Assembly: GCA_024277935.1 (NCBI GenBank)
Contig: JAJRUF010000190.1
Coordinates: forward strand, 495-64,494
From: Gammaproteobacteria bacterium
GTDB lineage: Bacteria; Pseudomonadota; Gammaproteobacteria; Methylococcales; Methylomonadaceae
Length of the DNA: 64,000 bases
Reading direction: 5' to 3'
In this document: one piece after another, positions 24,128 to 35,365 of the stretch
How positions within the stretch are numbered: the stretch's first letter is position 1
How the letters are laid out: each line of letters starts with the position of its first letter
Made by a program: the position numbers and the translations under genes
Notes under the pieces: generated by a model
Told to the model about the DNA's origin: nothing
Databases searched by the model: none
Seen by the model: the letters and a program-made list of their open reading frames with translations, nothing else

Positions 24128-24489
24128 TGTTCAATTTTTATCGCCCTTTACACCTATTACAAGGTGAAAAATCAGAACAGCAGGCCTATGATTTTTTATT
24201 ACAACAAGGTCTACAACTTGTTGAGAAAAATTTTAGCTGTAAATACGGTGAAATTGATTTAATCATGAAGGATGCGGAGACGCTTATTATTGTTGAGGTC
24301 AGGTATAGAAAATCTAATAAATATGGGGGGGCAATAGAAAGTATCTCGCAGAAAAAACAATCCCGTATAATAGCAACAACACAATATTACTTATCAAGCC
24401 ATAAAGTAAATAGCAAAATTCGCTTTGATGTTATTGCCATGTCTAAAAACGCTGACATTAACTGGATAAAAAATGCCTTTCAAACATAA
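24127..24489 (+). CDS. yraN: YraN family nuclease-like protein
   Basis: GEIDLIM, VEVRYR and RFDVI motifs. Confidence 0.93.
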   Translation: MFNFYRPLHLLQGEKSEQQAYDFLLQQGLQLVEKNFSCKYGEIDLIMKDAETLIIVEVRYRKSNKYGGAIESISQKKQSRIIATTQYYLSSHKVNSKIRFDVIAMSKNADINWIKNAFQT

Positions 24490-24493
24490 GTAA

Positions 24494-25114
<621 letters not shown>

Positions 25115-25116
25115 GC

Positions 25117-25704
25117 ATGAAACAAATAATGCTGTTTATTCTTTTTTCAATGATACTCTCGGGATGTTCAACCCTAATGACTGGCTTAGCCGAAATAACA
25201 GGGCTTTCTCTATTGCATGATCGTCGAACCAGCGAAGAGATTTTACAAGATGAAGGTATAGAAATTAATGCAGGAATCGAGTTAAACTCCCATGATGATA
25301 CCCGAAAACAGTGTCATTTTAATGTTACCGCTTATAATGGAATTGTATTAGTCACTGGAGAAGCCCCTACTGAGACATTACGCAATAAAGTTATCAATAT
25401 TGTCCGCTCAATCAAAGGCGTAAAATCTGTTTACAATGAAATGAAAATAGCCCCTCTTTCCTCTTTAGCTACACGCGCTCGTGATACGTTCATCACCACA
25501 AAAATAAAATCATCTTTAAGTAATATTAAAAATTTACCAGGGTTTGATGCTACTCGCGTAAAAGTTGTTACAGAAAGTGGTGTTGTTTACCTTCTTGGGC
25601 TAGTTCACCAACAAGAAGCCAATGTTGCAACTGAAATTGCACGTCGAGAAACAGGCGTTAAGCAAGTGGTGAAAAATTTTGAACTTATTGAATACCAACA
25701 ATAA
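25117..25704 (+). CDS. dolP: Dual BON-domain lipoprotein (DolP/YraP)
   Basis: Lipobox LSGC, DRRT motif, two BON repeats. Confidence 0.85.
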   Translation: MKQIMLFILFSMILSGCSTLMTGLAEITGLSLLHDRRTSEEILQDEGIEINAGIELNSHDDTRKQCHFNVTAYNGIVLVTGEAPTETLRNKVINIVRSIKGVKSVYNEMKIAPLSSLATRARDTFITTKIKSSLSNIKNLPGFDATRVKVVTESGVVYLLGLVHQQEANVATEIARRETGVKQVVKNFELIEYQQ

Positions 25705-26078
25705 ACAAGGGGGGGGCAAAAAACCTAATATTCTCACCACAGAGCTCACGATGAACGCAGGGGGTTTTGATCGTTAAGCCACTATAAACTCAGTGCTTAT
25801 TATTAAATTTCTTTAAATGCTATACTTCACTCAATCACGAGTGCGGAATTATAGTAAGTTGATTTTTATTGCTAGCAACGACAGCATGAATACAGGCGCA
25901 TAGCAAGCTACGCAACTGTTTTTGTAACACAGAAGATGGACAAAAAGACTAGCGAGTTACTCAAGTTATTTCGTGCACCTTCCTTATTCATAATTAACAC
26001 CCTTTGGGACAGAGTGCTTTAAAATATAATTTAGTCGGCTGTTAATCCCCCCCCTTTTTTCAGTATTAAGGTTTTCAA

Positions 26079-26948
26079 ATGAATGCTCAATCTTTAGCCA
26101 ATCAAGTCAGATCTCTATTTTCACTACCCGAAGTGGCTTTAAGAGTCAATGAAGTTCTTAATTCTTCCAACCCTTCAAATAAGGAATTAGAAGAAATTAT
26201 CATTAATGATCCGGCCTTAACTGCAAAAATTTTAAAAATTGTTAACAGCTCTTATTTTGGCTTCCCGGCAACAATAGATACCGTTTCCAGAGCTATCACT
26301 ATTATTGGGCTAAAAGAACTAAGCATCCTGGTACTAACAACTTCAGTAACCACAACTTTTAAAGGCGTACCCGCTGAGTTAATTGATATGGATATTTTTT
26401 GGTTTCATAGTATTACCAGTGCAGTGCTCGCTAAATTACTAGCTAAACGACTCAATCATGCTGACCATGAACGCTTATATATTGGTGGTTTACTGCATAG
26501 TATTGGCAGATTAATTTATATAACTCAATGTCCTGAAATATCACGAGAAATTCTCAACCAAAAAGCTCAGGGGGAAGGTGCAATTATTGCTGCAGAAGTT
26601 GAGAATTTAGGATTTAATTACGCAGAATTAGGTGCAGAACTGTTAAAAATTTGGCAACTGCCTGAAAACATCTGGCAAATGATTAGTCACCACCTTGACC
26701 CATTGAATTCAAAACAATTTATCCAGGATACTTGCTTACTTCATGTAGCCAGTCAAATCGCCAGCTGCATAGAGCCCTGTGCAAAATATGATTTTAATGT
26801 GGAAGAGATTGAACCCCGCTACATACCTGGCGTTATTGAACACTTGGGTTTATCGCCCAATCAAATTTCATACTGTATTGATGAAGCGCTATTACAATCT
26901 TTTGATATTATTAATATCATTAATCCAAAAGCAACTTCAATTTTTTAA
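26079..26948 (+). CDS. Stand-alone HDOD-domain protein
   Basis: SLPEV, DPALTAKILKIVNS and GLLHSIG motifs. Confidence 0.9.
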   Translation: MNAQSLANQVRSLFSLPEVALRVNEVLNSSNPSNKELEEIIINDPALTAKILKIVNSSYFGFPATIDTVSRAITIIGLKELSILVLTTSVTTTFKGVPAELIDMDIFWFHSITSAVLAKLLAKRLNHADHERLYIGGLLHSIGRLIYITQCPEISREILNQKAQGEGAIIAAEVENLGFNYAELGAELLKIWQLPENIWQMISHHLDPLNSKQFIQDTCLLHVASQIASCIEPCAKYDFNVEEIEPRYIPGVIEHLGLSPNQISYCIDEALLQSFDIINIINPKATSIF

Positions 26949-26950
26949 GA

Positions 26951-27068
26951 TGGCTATGCCACCGTTAAGGACTGAGGATGAAAAGTTGAAGTCACTCTAA
27001 AAAAGCCTTCTCCAGCTGGTGAGAGCTTAAGAACCAACTAAATTCCACATTTAACGGTGATATAGCCA
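26951..27068. mobile_element. MITE-like element of 118 bp with 18-bp terminal inverted repeats
   Basis: TGGCTATGCCACCGTTAA ... TTAACGGTGATATAGCCA (16/18 match). Confidence 0.6.
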
Positions 27069-27282
27069 AAAAGATTGGGGGAAAGTGATTGTGTATACAT
27101 AGTGAATCTACCTGAGATAATTACTATTTCATTATCAGTAGCAATTATAATTTCTTTAATCCACCTTACATTCATATCAGCAAAAATTATTATTTGATTT
27201 TATACTCTTCGCCTTTTATGATTGAATGGTACTTCACACGGTTACCACTACGGTTTTACCCATTTAACAAAAGGCAATTCAA

Positions 27283-27852
27283 ATGACTACTTCATTTTAT
27301 AAGCTCTTTACAGTTTTATTTATTTCATTTTTTTCATTTAGCTCCTTAGTACACTCTGCTGATATAGAAGCAGGAAAAAATAAAGCAGAAGTATGCCAAG
27401 GGTGTCATGGTATAGAAGGTAAAAGTCAAAGCGCATTCTATCCAAACCTAGCCGGTCAACGTGCTTTATACCTTGAAAATCAACTAAAAGCATTTCAATC
27501 GGGAAGGCGAATAAATCCTATGATGCAATCAATGGCTAAAAACTTAAGTAAACAAGAGATAAAAAATATCTCTGCTTATTTTGCCAGTATTACATTGGAA
27601 AAGGATAAAAAAAGCCCCCTCGTTGATATCAAGGGAAAAAACAAAATTACCATGTGCTTAGGTTGCCATGGGAGCACAGCAAGAGGCATGGCAAACTTCC
27701 CAAGGCTTGCCGGTCAACAATCTGCTTATTTAAAAAAACAACTGCTAAATTTTAAAAATAAGACACGAAAAGGTGGGCCAATGAACAGTATTGCTTCATC
27801 ATTATCTGAACAAGATATTGATGAAATTGTGACTTATCTAGGCAGTTTGTAA
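27283..27852 (+). CDS. Di-heme cytochrome c4/c553 family protein
   Basis: Signal peptide; CQGCH and CLGCH motifs; PxLAGQ repeats. Confidence 0.92.
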   Translation: MTTSFYKLFTVLFISFFSFSSLVHSADIEAGKNKAEVCQGCHGIEGKSQSAFYPNLAGQRALYLENQLKAFQSGRRINPMMQSMAKNLSKQEIKNISAYFASITLEKDKKSPLVDIKGKNKITMCLGCHGSTARGMANFPRLAGQQSAYLKKQLLNFKNKTRKGGPMNSIASSLSEQDIDEIVTYLGSL

Positions 27853-27873
27853 GCTATAAATAGAGACTCTATT

Positions 27874-28701
27874 ATGGAAAACTTTAGTGTTGATGCTTAT
27901 ACACCCAAAGAAATTGCTCAACGAATTGAAAAAGTTAGTATCAGTAAAAGTACTTTAGACCCATTAAGAGTATTTGCCTTATCTATGCTAGCAGGCGCAT
28001 TTATCGCTTTTGCCGCCGTTTTTTATACCCTCGTTATTCACGATTCCAGCCTAAGTTCAGGTATCACAAGACTACTAGGTGGCTTAGTCTTTTGCCTCGG
28101 TTTGATTTTAGTGATTATTGCAGGTGCCGAACTATTTACCGGCAATAATTTATTAGTAATGGCTTATGTTGATAAAAAAATAACCTTGAAACAATTGATG
28201 ACCAACTGGTTAATTGTTTTTGTTGGTAATTTAGTCGGGTCCATAGGGATTGTTATCTTAATTTTCTTGAGTGACCAATGGTTAATAAGTGGTGGGGCTC
28301 TTGGGGCCAAAGCAATAGTAATTGCTAATAGTAAAGTGAATTTAGATTTTATACCTGCATTTTCTCGCGGTATTTTATGTAATGCATTAGTCTGTATGTC
28401 AGTATGGATGTGCTTTGCCTGCCATTCTGTTACCGATAAAATATTAACTATTATATTTCCAATCACAGGTTTTGTAGCTATGGGGTTTGAACACTCTGTC
28501 GCTAATATGTATTTTATTCCAGCTGGTATATTAGCGCAAATGAACCCTGATATTCTACAGATGGTTGATCCGTCAATTGATCTATCCAAGCTAAATTTAA
28601 TAGGGTTTTTACATAACCTATTACCCGTAACTCTCGGAAATATTGTTGGTGGTAGTTTTTTTGTCGGTATAATTTACTGGTTCATTTATCTAAGATCATA
28701 A
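27874..28701 (+). CDS. Formate/nitrite transporter (FNT) family channel
   Basis: AELFTGN, ILCNALVC, FEHSVANM and TLGNIVGG motifs. Confidence 0.94.
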   Translation: MENFSVDAYTPKEIAQRIEKVSISKSTLDPLRVFALSMLAGAFIAFAAVFYTLVIHDSSLSSGITRLLGGLVFCLGLILVIIAGAELFTGNNLLVMAYVDKKITLKQLMTNWLIVFVGNLVGSIGIVILIFLSDQWLISGGALGAKAIVIANSKVNLDFIPAFSRGILCNALVCMSVWMCFACHSVTDKILTIIFPITGFVAMGFEHSVANMYFIPAGILAQMNPDILQMVDPSIDLSKLNLIGFLHNLLPVTLGNIVGGSFFVGIIYWFIYLRS

Positions 28702-28840
28702 TAAAAAATCTAACTTTTTTACCATAAAAACACTGAGTTTTTTGAGTACTAAGCCTCAGTGTTCTTTATGGTTATTTTGAATATGTCTTTATATTACTTT
28801 TTGTTAACATAATTTTTCACAGCGACTTACCTGTCAGGTT

Positions 28841-28990
28841 TTACCAGCTATTAGAACCATCATCACCGTCCTCGTCATCTCTGAGTTTAAAACCTTTTGG
28901 TAATTTTGGTTTTTTCGCAGTCCTAAGCAAAACAAAGGCACCACCAAAAACCAGGCATATTGCTAATAACACAAATCCAATGAGTAGCAT
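28841..28990 (-). CDS. Small single-pass membrane protein, 49 aa (DUF2897-like); not in the ORF track
   Basis: MLLIGFVLLAICLVFGGAFVLLRTAKKPKLPKGFKLRDDEDGDDGSNSW*, with a GGGGAG Shine-Dalgarno sequence. Confidence 0.75.
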   Translation of the reverse strand: MLLIGFVLLAICLVFGGAFVLLRTAKKPKLPKGFKLRDDEDGDDGSNSW

Positions 28991-29056
28991 AATCTCCCCC
29001 CTGTTTTTACAAAAATGTTAGAATACTAACAAATTGATTATTAACGAAAAACCCCA

Positions 29057-30394
29057 ATGAAACAAGTAGAATTACTTTCCCCTGCCGGCACCTTGAAAAA
29101 TATGCGCTATGCCTTTGCTTACGGAGCAGATGCAGTTTATGCTGGGCAACCCAGATATAGCCTCCGTGTGAGAAATAATGATTTTCTCGAAGACAACCTA
29201 GCAAAAGGTATCAATGAGGCTCACTCTTTAGGGAAAAAGTTTTTCCTAGCAACTAATGTTATCCCTCACAATACAAAGGTTAAAACTTTTATTGCAGATA
29301 TGGAACCTGTTGTTGCCATGAAACCTGACGCATTGATAATGGCTGACCCCGGCTTAATCATGATGACCAGAGAAAAATGGTCGGAAATGCCTATTCACTT
29401 GTCGGTTCAAGCGAATACTGTTAATTTTGCTAGTGTAAAATTCTGGCAAAGTATGGGAGTAGAACGCATCATTCTTTCTCGTGAATTATCTTTAGATGAG
29501 GTGGAGGAAATTCGCCAGCAATGCCCTGATATTGAATTAGAAGTATTTGTTCATGGTGCTTTATGTATTGCTTATTCTGGTCGCTGCTTATTATCAGGCT
29601 ATTTTAACCATAGAGACCCAAACCAAGGAACCTGTACTAATTCATGTCGCTGGAAATATGACACCTTGCCCGCTCATGAAAATGCTGAGGGTGATTACGT
29701 TTTAGATAATGCTGCTATTTCAATGAATGATATTAGCAATGCAAGCTGTGGTGGTGCTGAGCGTCACCCTCTAGCTGATAAAACTTACTTTCTGGAAGAA
29801 GAAGGAAGAAAAGGTGAGTTACTCCCTGTGATGGAAGATGAAAACGGCACTTACATCATGAACTCTAAAGATTTACGCGCTATTGAGCATGTTCAGCGCT
29901 TGGTCGATATAGGCATTGATTGCCTTAAAATTGAGGGGCGCACTAAATCACATTACTATGTTGCCCGTACAGCTCAGGCTTATAGACAGGCTATAGACGA
30001 TGCTCTAGCTGGGCGTGATTTTCAACCAAAATTAATCGGTGTATTAGAGAACCTTGCCAACAGAGGGTATACCGATGGTTTTTATCAACGCCATCATACC
30101 CACGAACAACAAAACTATATAACAGGGTACTCTAAAAGTCACCAACAACAATTTTGTGGTGAAATCAGATCATACGATAATAAAACGGGTATTGCTGAAA
30201 TTAATGTAAAAAATAAATTTTCAGTAGGCGATAAAGTTGAGCTTATACTTCCAGAAGGCAATCAGGATATTATTATTGAAAGTATGACGGATATGTATAA
30301 TCACGATATGCAAGAAGCTGCAGGTGGTGGATATGAAGTTAAAATCCCATTACCTAAAGGATGCTCCCAAGGTTTATTATCTAGGTATATTTGA
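29057..30394 (+). CDS. trhP: Peptidase U32-family tRNA hydroxylation protein TrhP (YegQ)
   Basis: ELLSPAG, YGADAVYAG, HGALCIAYSGRC and LKIEGRTK motifs. Confidence 0.92.
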   Translation: MKQVELLSPAGTLKNMRYAFAYGADAVYAGQPRYSLRVRNNDFLEDNLAKGINEAHSLGKKFFLATNVIPHNTKVKTFIADMEPVVAMKPDALIMADPGLIMMTREKWSEMPIHLSVQANTVNFASVKFWQSMGVERIILSRELSLDEVEEIRQQCPDIELEVFVHGALCIAYSGRCLLSGYFNHRDPNQGTCTNSCRWKYDTLPAHENAEGDYVLDNAAISMNDISNASCGGAERHPLADKTYFLEEEGRKGELLPVMEDENGTYIMNSKDLRAIEHVQRLVDIGIDCLKIEGRTKSHYYVARTAQAYRQAIDDALAGRDFQPKLIGVLENLANRGYTDGFYQRHHTHEQQNYITGYSKSHQQQFCGEIRSYDNKTGIAEINVKNKFSVGDKVELILPEGNQDIIIESMTDMYNHDMQEAAGGGYEVKIPLPKGCSQGLLSRYI

Positions 30395-30527
30395 GAGCAG
30401 GTTCAAGGTAAAAAGAGCAGGAGATAAAACTCAGAAGGTTCTTTATTGAACCTTCTCTTTATCCTTTATTAATTTTAAGCAGTTAAGTTAAAATAACACC
30501 CAATTAACCAAGTAAAGAAGTCAAAAT

Positions 30528-31484
30528 ATGCAAATTAAACTCGCTAATCCCCGTGGATTTTGTGCTGGTGTAGATCGTGCCATTGAAATTGTAGACCAAG
30601 CGCTTGAGGCCTTTGGCGCACCGATTTATGTACGTCATGAAGTGGTACATAACCGTACTGTTGTTGAAGGATTAAGAGATAAAGGTGCCATTTTTATAGA
30701 AGATGTCAGTGAAGTACCGGAAGGGTCTTACTTAATTTTTAGTGCTCATGGCGTATCAAAAAAAGTACAACAAGAGTCTAAAGATCGTAACCTAACAGTC
30801 TTCGATGCAACCTGCCCCTTAGTCACAAAAGTCCATATTCAGGTTGCCAAACACGCCAAAGCAGGGCGAGAAGCTATTTTAATTGGTCATGCCGGGCATC
30901 CAGAGGTAGAAGGCACTATGGGTCAGTATGAAAAACTAGCAGGGTCAAAAGGTGGTATGTATTTAGTAGAAACGCCTGAAGATGTTAAAAACTTAAAAGT
31001 TAATGACCCAGAAAACTTGGCTTATGTTACCCAAACAACATTGTCTATGACTGATACTCAAGTGATGGTTGATGCCTTACATAAATACCTTCCTTCCATT
31101 CAAGAGCAAAAGAAAGACGATATTTGTTATGCCACCCAAAACCGTCAGGATGCTGTTCATGAACTAGCTGAAACAGCTGATGTTATCTTAGTTGTAGGTT
31201 CTCCTAATAGCTCCAATTCAAACCGTTTACGCGAAATTGCAGAGCAGTTAGGTAAAAGAGCTTATTTAATTGACACCTACGCGGATATGCACCAATCTTG
31301 GTTTGACGGCATTGATTCCGTAGGTGTAACAGCGGGTGCTTCAGCCCCTGAAGTATTAGTTCAAGCCGTTATTGAGCAGTTAAAAAAATGGGGTGGAGAT
31401 AGTGCTGTGGAAATACAGGGTATTGAAGAAAAAGTAGTATTTTCCATGCCTAAAGAGCTAAAAAAACATATTACTAACAACTAG
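30528..31484 (+). CDS. ispH: 4-hydroxy-3-methylbut-2-enyl diphosphate reductase
   Basis: [24 protein letters not shown] and SSNS motifs. Confidence 0.97.
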   Translation: MQIKLANPRGFCAGVDRAIEIVDQALEAFGAPIYVRHEVVHNRTVVEGLRDKGAIFIEDVSEVPEGSYLIFSAHGVSKKVQQESKDRNLTVFDATCPLVTKVHIQVAKHAKAGREAILIGHAGHPEVEGTMGQYEKLAGSKGGMYLVETPEDVKNLKVNDPENLAYVTQTTLSMTDTQVMVDALHKYLPSIQEQKKDDICYATQNRQDAVHELAETADVILVVGSPNSSNSNRLREIAEQLGKRAYLIDTYADMHQSWFDGIDSVGVTAGASAPEVLVQAVIEQLKKWGGDSAVEIQGIEEKVVFSMPKELKKHITNN

Positions 31485-31531
31485 AAATAAATAAAAGTTC
31501 AAAGTAGCGTCCCCCCCATTAAACAAGCTAT

Positions 31532-31599
31532 GTAGGATGTGCTGAGGAACGAAGCGCATCGTTAACAATTGATGCGCTTCGTTCCTCAGCACATCCTAC
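31532..31599. repeat. GTAG-type REP doublet (perfect 29-bp inverted repeat)
   Basis: GTAGGATGTGCTGAGGAACGAAGCGCATC-N10-GATGCGCTTCGTTCCTCAGCACATCCTAC between convergent genes. Confidence 0.9.
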
Positions 31600-31648
31600 T
31601 TATAGCAATAATGCTAGAGCATTTTATATTTTAACAATAAGCTAACCC

Positions 31649-33391
31649 TTACCCCAATCGCTTTTTCTTCTCTCTACGCGCTATAAACCAATTAGCCAAA
31701 TAACTTCTAGGCGGGTAAACACCATACTGAATATAATACATTTTATAAGCACTATTTATGCTGGCATTAAACAATCGAGAAGATAAACCAGTACCACAAA
31801 ATAATACCTGATCATTTTCCTGTATTTCATAAGTTTCAGGGGGCAATACAATTTCTTGAGCAGCAGATTTAACTACAAAAAAAACTAAATCTAATTGTTT
31901 TTCTCGTGCTCGTGGGTCTCGAATCAAATCCCTTAAAGTGACTTTTTTATTGTTATCCAGCAGTTCAATAACCGCTTTAGCCTTTTCTCTAGTGAAATGG
32001 ACAGTAATTAAATGAGGAACTCTATTCCCTACTTTTTCCCGCAAACTATGAATAACAGCCTCCATTTCCTGTTGTCTTCCTGGCTTATTTTCTAATAGAT
32101 AATAAAAGAATTTTTTCAATAAAGGTGCTATCAATAAAAACAGTATTTTCCGCGCTGCAACCAATGTAGGCTGCATAATCATATCAACAGTTGTCGCTTT
32201 AAAGGCTATCTCATTCTCATGATTATTTTGCCTTACAATGGTAAATAAATTTTTATTAAAATAACGGGCATTAAGTAAAATCCCTAAATTATGCCCATCA
32301 TCGTCAGTCCCTGAAATAATTCCCACAGCACTCTCAATCCCTGCCAATCCAAGCGTTTTTGAAGTTGATCTTCCTACAATATATTGATCAATATGCTCTT
32401 CTTCTTTTGAATCATGAGGATCAATAACAGCTGTTTGAATACCATATTTACTTAAAACCCGATTCACCTCATGTCCCATCCGGCCATAACCACAAATAAT
32501 CCAGGTTCCTTTAGGTGGCGAAGTATATTGCGACAATGTTGCACCCTTTTCTCTTACCAACCATTTATTAAATGCGTAGAACCCAGGGTTATGCATGGCT
32601 GCCGCTAAAACTTTAGCAAAAATTTTAAAGGGGTCAACAATATGCACTTCGCCACCCAATGTTATTAATGTCTCTTCAAAGACCTCTACTTTAGACATTG
32701 TAATAATGCCTACTTTAGGATTTAACAACCGCGTAAGCGCTGAAATTTTTAGATTAACCTCTTCACTATTAGTGATTGCAATAACTGCTTTACAGTTTGA
32801 CCGCCTTAATCCTGCTTCAAGCAAGTGCTTAGGCACACTGGCATCTCCACAAAATGAAGGCGTGGCAACCGTATAATCTCTTAATTGCAAAGCCTTGATT
32901 CTTTCTTCATCATTATCAATGACTACAGCAGGCAATCCGTAATCACTTAGCCCCCGCATTAACACACTACCCGTATCACCAAAACCACAAACAATAACAA
33001 AAGGTTGCTCTATACGTTGTACACCTCTAGAAAATTGCCACTCTGAAAGGGCTCTTAATAAGAAAGGGTTTTGAAACAACCTAATAATAGAGCCAATCGC
33101 ATAAAACCAGGTAATGACACTGATATAGAGACAAAGAATAGCCCAAAAACGCTGCGCATCGCTAAAAGGGTACGGGATTTCACCAAACCCAGTAGTGGTT
33201 GCGGTGTATGTCATAAAATAGAATGCATGAAAAATACTCATATACTCTACTTTACCGTTGACCTCTATACCCGGAATAAAAACCATTCCCAAAATAGAAA
33301 CGGAATACACCGTAAGCAAGGCAATTAAAGGCCCTCGCATCTCACGCATAACAATAAAAGTAATGCGACTCAGATCAACTGAAGCAGCCAT
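31649..33391 (-). CDS. Potassium channel protein with two RCK/TrkA-N domains
   Basis: Selectivity filter TTTGFGE; Rossmann motifs CGFGDTG and CGYGRMG. Confidence 0.88.
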   Translation of the reverse strand: MAASVDLSRITFIVMREMRGPLIALLTVYSVSILGMVFIPGIEVNGKVEYMSIFHAFYFMTYTATTTGFGEIPYPFSDAQRFWAILCLYISVITWFYAIGSIIRLFQNPFLLRALSEWQFSRGVQRIEQPFVIVCGFGDTGSVLMRGLSDYGLPAVVIDNDEERIKALQLRDYTVATPSFCGDASVPKHLLEAGLRRSNCKAVIAITNSEEVNLKISALTRLLNPKVGIITMSKVEVFEETLITLGGEVHIVDPFKIFAKVLAAAMHNPGFYAFNKWLVREKGATLSQYTSPPKGTWIICGYGRMGHEVNRVLSKYGIQTAVIDPHDSKEEEHIDQYIVGRSTSKTLGLAGIESAVGIISGTDDDGHNLGILLNARYFNKNLFTIVRQNNHENEIAFKATTVDMIMQPTLVAARKILFLLIAPLLKKFFYYLLENKPGRQQEMEAVIHSLREKVGNRVPHLITVHFTREKAKAVIELLDNNKKVTLRDLIRDPRAREKQLDLVFFVVKSAAQEIVLPPETYEIQENDQVLFCGTGLSSRLFNASINSAYKMYYIQYGVYPPRSYLANWFIARREKKKRLG

Positions 33392-33422
33392 ATTAAGCCC
33401 CTATTGCTGTTATTATCAATAC

Positions 33423-33806
33423 TTACAAACGATTAAATAAAGTTTCTGAAACCAAAATAATGGTTGAGATAATATTGGCCAATAAAGCACCTCCCGTTAA
33501 AGACACAATACTAGACATAATTTCTGGAGTAAGACCTGTACCCGTTATATGTACAGCAAACGTCCAATAAATGGCAGCTGCAATTAACTCCAAATCAGCA
33601 ACTAAACTGGTCGATAATAATACTGCCCCAATTTGTGACCTATCCCCAAACTTTAAAACAGTGGCTATTAAATTAACGATAATTACAGAAAAAAGTTCAA
33701 AAACATTATGATGATCGGGATTATCCATCTCTCCGATAAAGAAACCAAAGTTTAATGTTAAAGCCAACACCACAAAAAAACCAAATATGACTTTCTCTAG
33801 ATTCAT
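33423..33806 (-). CDS. Small membrane protein (DUF6394-like) co-oriented with the K+ channel
   Basis: MNLEKVIFGFF..TLNFGF and LKFGDRS motifs; about four TM helices. Confidence 0.7.
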   Translation of the reverse strand: MNLEKVIFGFFVVLALTLNFGFFIGEMDNPDHHNVFELFSVIIVNLIATVLKFGDRSQIGAVLLSTSLVADLELIAAAIYWTFAVHITGTGLTPEIMSSIVSLTGGALLANIISTIILVSETLFNRL

Positions 33807-33968
33807 TACCTACCCCTATATTTTAATATCAAATACACAAAGAAATTTGAACACTATTTTGAACCCAGTATTTTAACGCTAAAAGCCAACTTCAGAATAG
33901 TTAAAATAAAACTAACACATACATATTATTTATTGCTAATATAGTTTTATTTTATTTGGAGTATTATT

Positions 33969-34334
33969 ATGTCGATTACCGCACTAGATCTTGTTGCTGC
34001 AGCAAAAAAAAATATTACCCTCTGTGATATTGAAACTGTAAGAAAAGACCATTCTTCCCATCTAATTTTAGACGTGAGAGAACCTGCTGAGTATGAAGCA
34101 GGCTGTTTACCTGGTGCCATTAATATTCCTCGAGGTGTTTTAGAGTTTAAAATTAGTGCTCACCCTGCTTTTCAAGACTCTCAAAATGCAAAAATATTTG
34201 TCTATTGCCTAACAGGTGGCCGCTCAGCACTGGCGACAGAATCACTCAATAAACTAGGCTATACCCATGCTTGCAGTATGGAAGGTGGATTCACATTATG
34301 GAAAGAAAGTGGCTTACAGGTAGATAAACCTTAA
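33969..34334 (+). CDS. Rhodanese-like sulfurtransferase
   Basis: LDVREPAEY, YCLTGGRS and MEGG motifs. Confidence 0.92.
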   Translation: MSITALDLVAAAKKNITLCDIETVRKDHSSHLILDVREPAEYEAGCLPGAINIPRGVLEFKISAHPAFQDSQNAKIFVYCLTGGRSALATESLNKLGYTHACSMEGGFTLWKESGLQVDKP

Positions 34335-34337
34335 GCT

Positions 34338-34730
34338 ATGCCAGAATTAGGTTCTATTCGGATAGATAAATGGTTATGGGCTGCGCGTTTTTTTAAAACG
34401 CGCAAACTTGCCAGTGAGGCTGTTTCTGGTGGGAAAGTACACCTTAACGGCCAACGCTGCAAACCAGCGAAAGAAGTTAAATGCGGCATGGTGCTCACGA
34501 TAACTAAAGATCAGTTACAATGGCAACTTACCGTTACCGCAATTAATAGCCACCGACGTCCCGCTAAAGAGGCTGTTTTACTTTATCAGGAAGCCCCTGA
34601 GAGTTTTAACAAGAGACAACAGCTCATTACCCTACAAAAAGAACAACGAGCCTTAACGCCCCCTATAGATCGTGAACACCGGCCCAATAAAAAACAAAGA
34701 CGGCAAATACACCGTTTTAAACAAGGTTAA
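34338..34730 (+). CDS. hslR: Ribosome-associated heat shock protein Hsp15 (S4 domain)
   Basis: [15 protein letters not shown] and RPNKKQRR motifs. Confidence 0.93.
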   Translation: MPELGSIRIDKWLWAARFFKTRKLASEAVSGGKVHLNGQRCKPAKEVKCGMVLTITKDQLQWQLTVTAINSHRRPAKEAVLLYQEAPESFNKRQQLITLQKEQRALTPPIDREHRPNKKQRRQIHRFKQG

Positions 34731-34743
34731 TTATAAAAAATTA

Positions 34744-35076
34744 CTATAAACAAGTAGGCGGCTTAGGAAGCCCGGCTATTTTGCAAGCATATTTTAGTGG
34801 CCCTTCAGGAAATAATTTGTGCAAATATCGGCTATTGCCTTTCTCTTCACCAAACTCTTTTCTTATGGCTTTAGTAAATCCCCTTGCGTTTGGTAAATGC
34901 TTAAATTGTTGGTAATACTTGCGTATAAAATAAATAATTTCCCAATGTTGAGAGCTTAATTCAAGCCCATTTAAGCTAGCAATTTTAACTGCAAGCTGTT
35001 TATTCCAGTCATTTAAATCAACAAGAAACCCGTCACCTGTTGTTTTTAACGTTTCACCATTAACAATTAACTCCAC
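34744..35076 (-). CDS. TusE/DsrC family sulfur relay protein
   Basis: DGFLVD..DW motif and C-terminus ACKIAGLPKPPTCL. Confidence 0.92.
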   Translation of the reverse strand: MELIVNGETLKTTGDGFLVDLNDWNKQLAVKIASLNGLELSSQHWEIIYFIRKYYQQFKHLPNARGFTKAIRKEFGEEKGNSRYLHKLFPEGPLKYACKIAGLPKPPTCL

Positions 35077-35360
35077 GTTTTAATAACCTTATTTTGCTCT
35101 GTCAGTTCAACAAACCCAGAGTAATTAATCACTTCAATCCCTGAAACGAGTTCTGTGATATTAAGACCTCGTGTTTCAAGCTCAACATCTAATACATAAA
35201 GACTAGTTCTATTTTTCAGCATTTGCTTTAACTGTAAACTTAAAATACCCTTTTTATTGATCTGAAAAACTGCATTTTCAAAAAAAATAACACTATCCAG
35301 ACTATCTATCCTTTGTAGTAATGCACCATCAATAGCTGACTGAAAAATCAAATGTAACAT
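35067..35360 (-). CDS. DsrH/TusB family sulfur relay protein
   Basis: MLHL start, ETRGL, and INYSGFVELT..TW C-terminus. Confidence 0.85.
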   Translation of the reverse strand: MLHLIFQSAIDGALLQRIDSLDSVIFFENAVFQINKKGILSLQLKQMLKNRTSLYVLDVELETRGLNITELVSGIEVINYSGFVELTEQNKVIKTWS

Positions 35361-35365
35361 TCAGC

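Noticed and set aside
25820..25985. Possible ncRNA or MITE between dolP and the HDOD gene
   Set aside because: Only degenerate end similarity; no family can be supported from the sequence alone.
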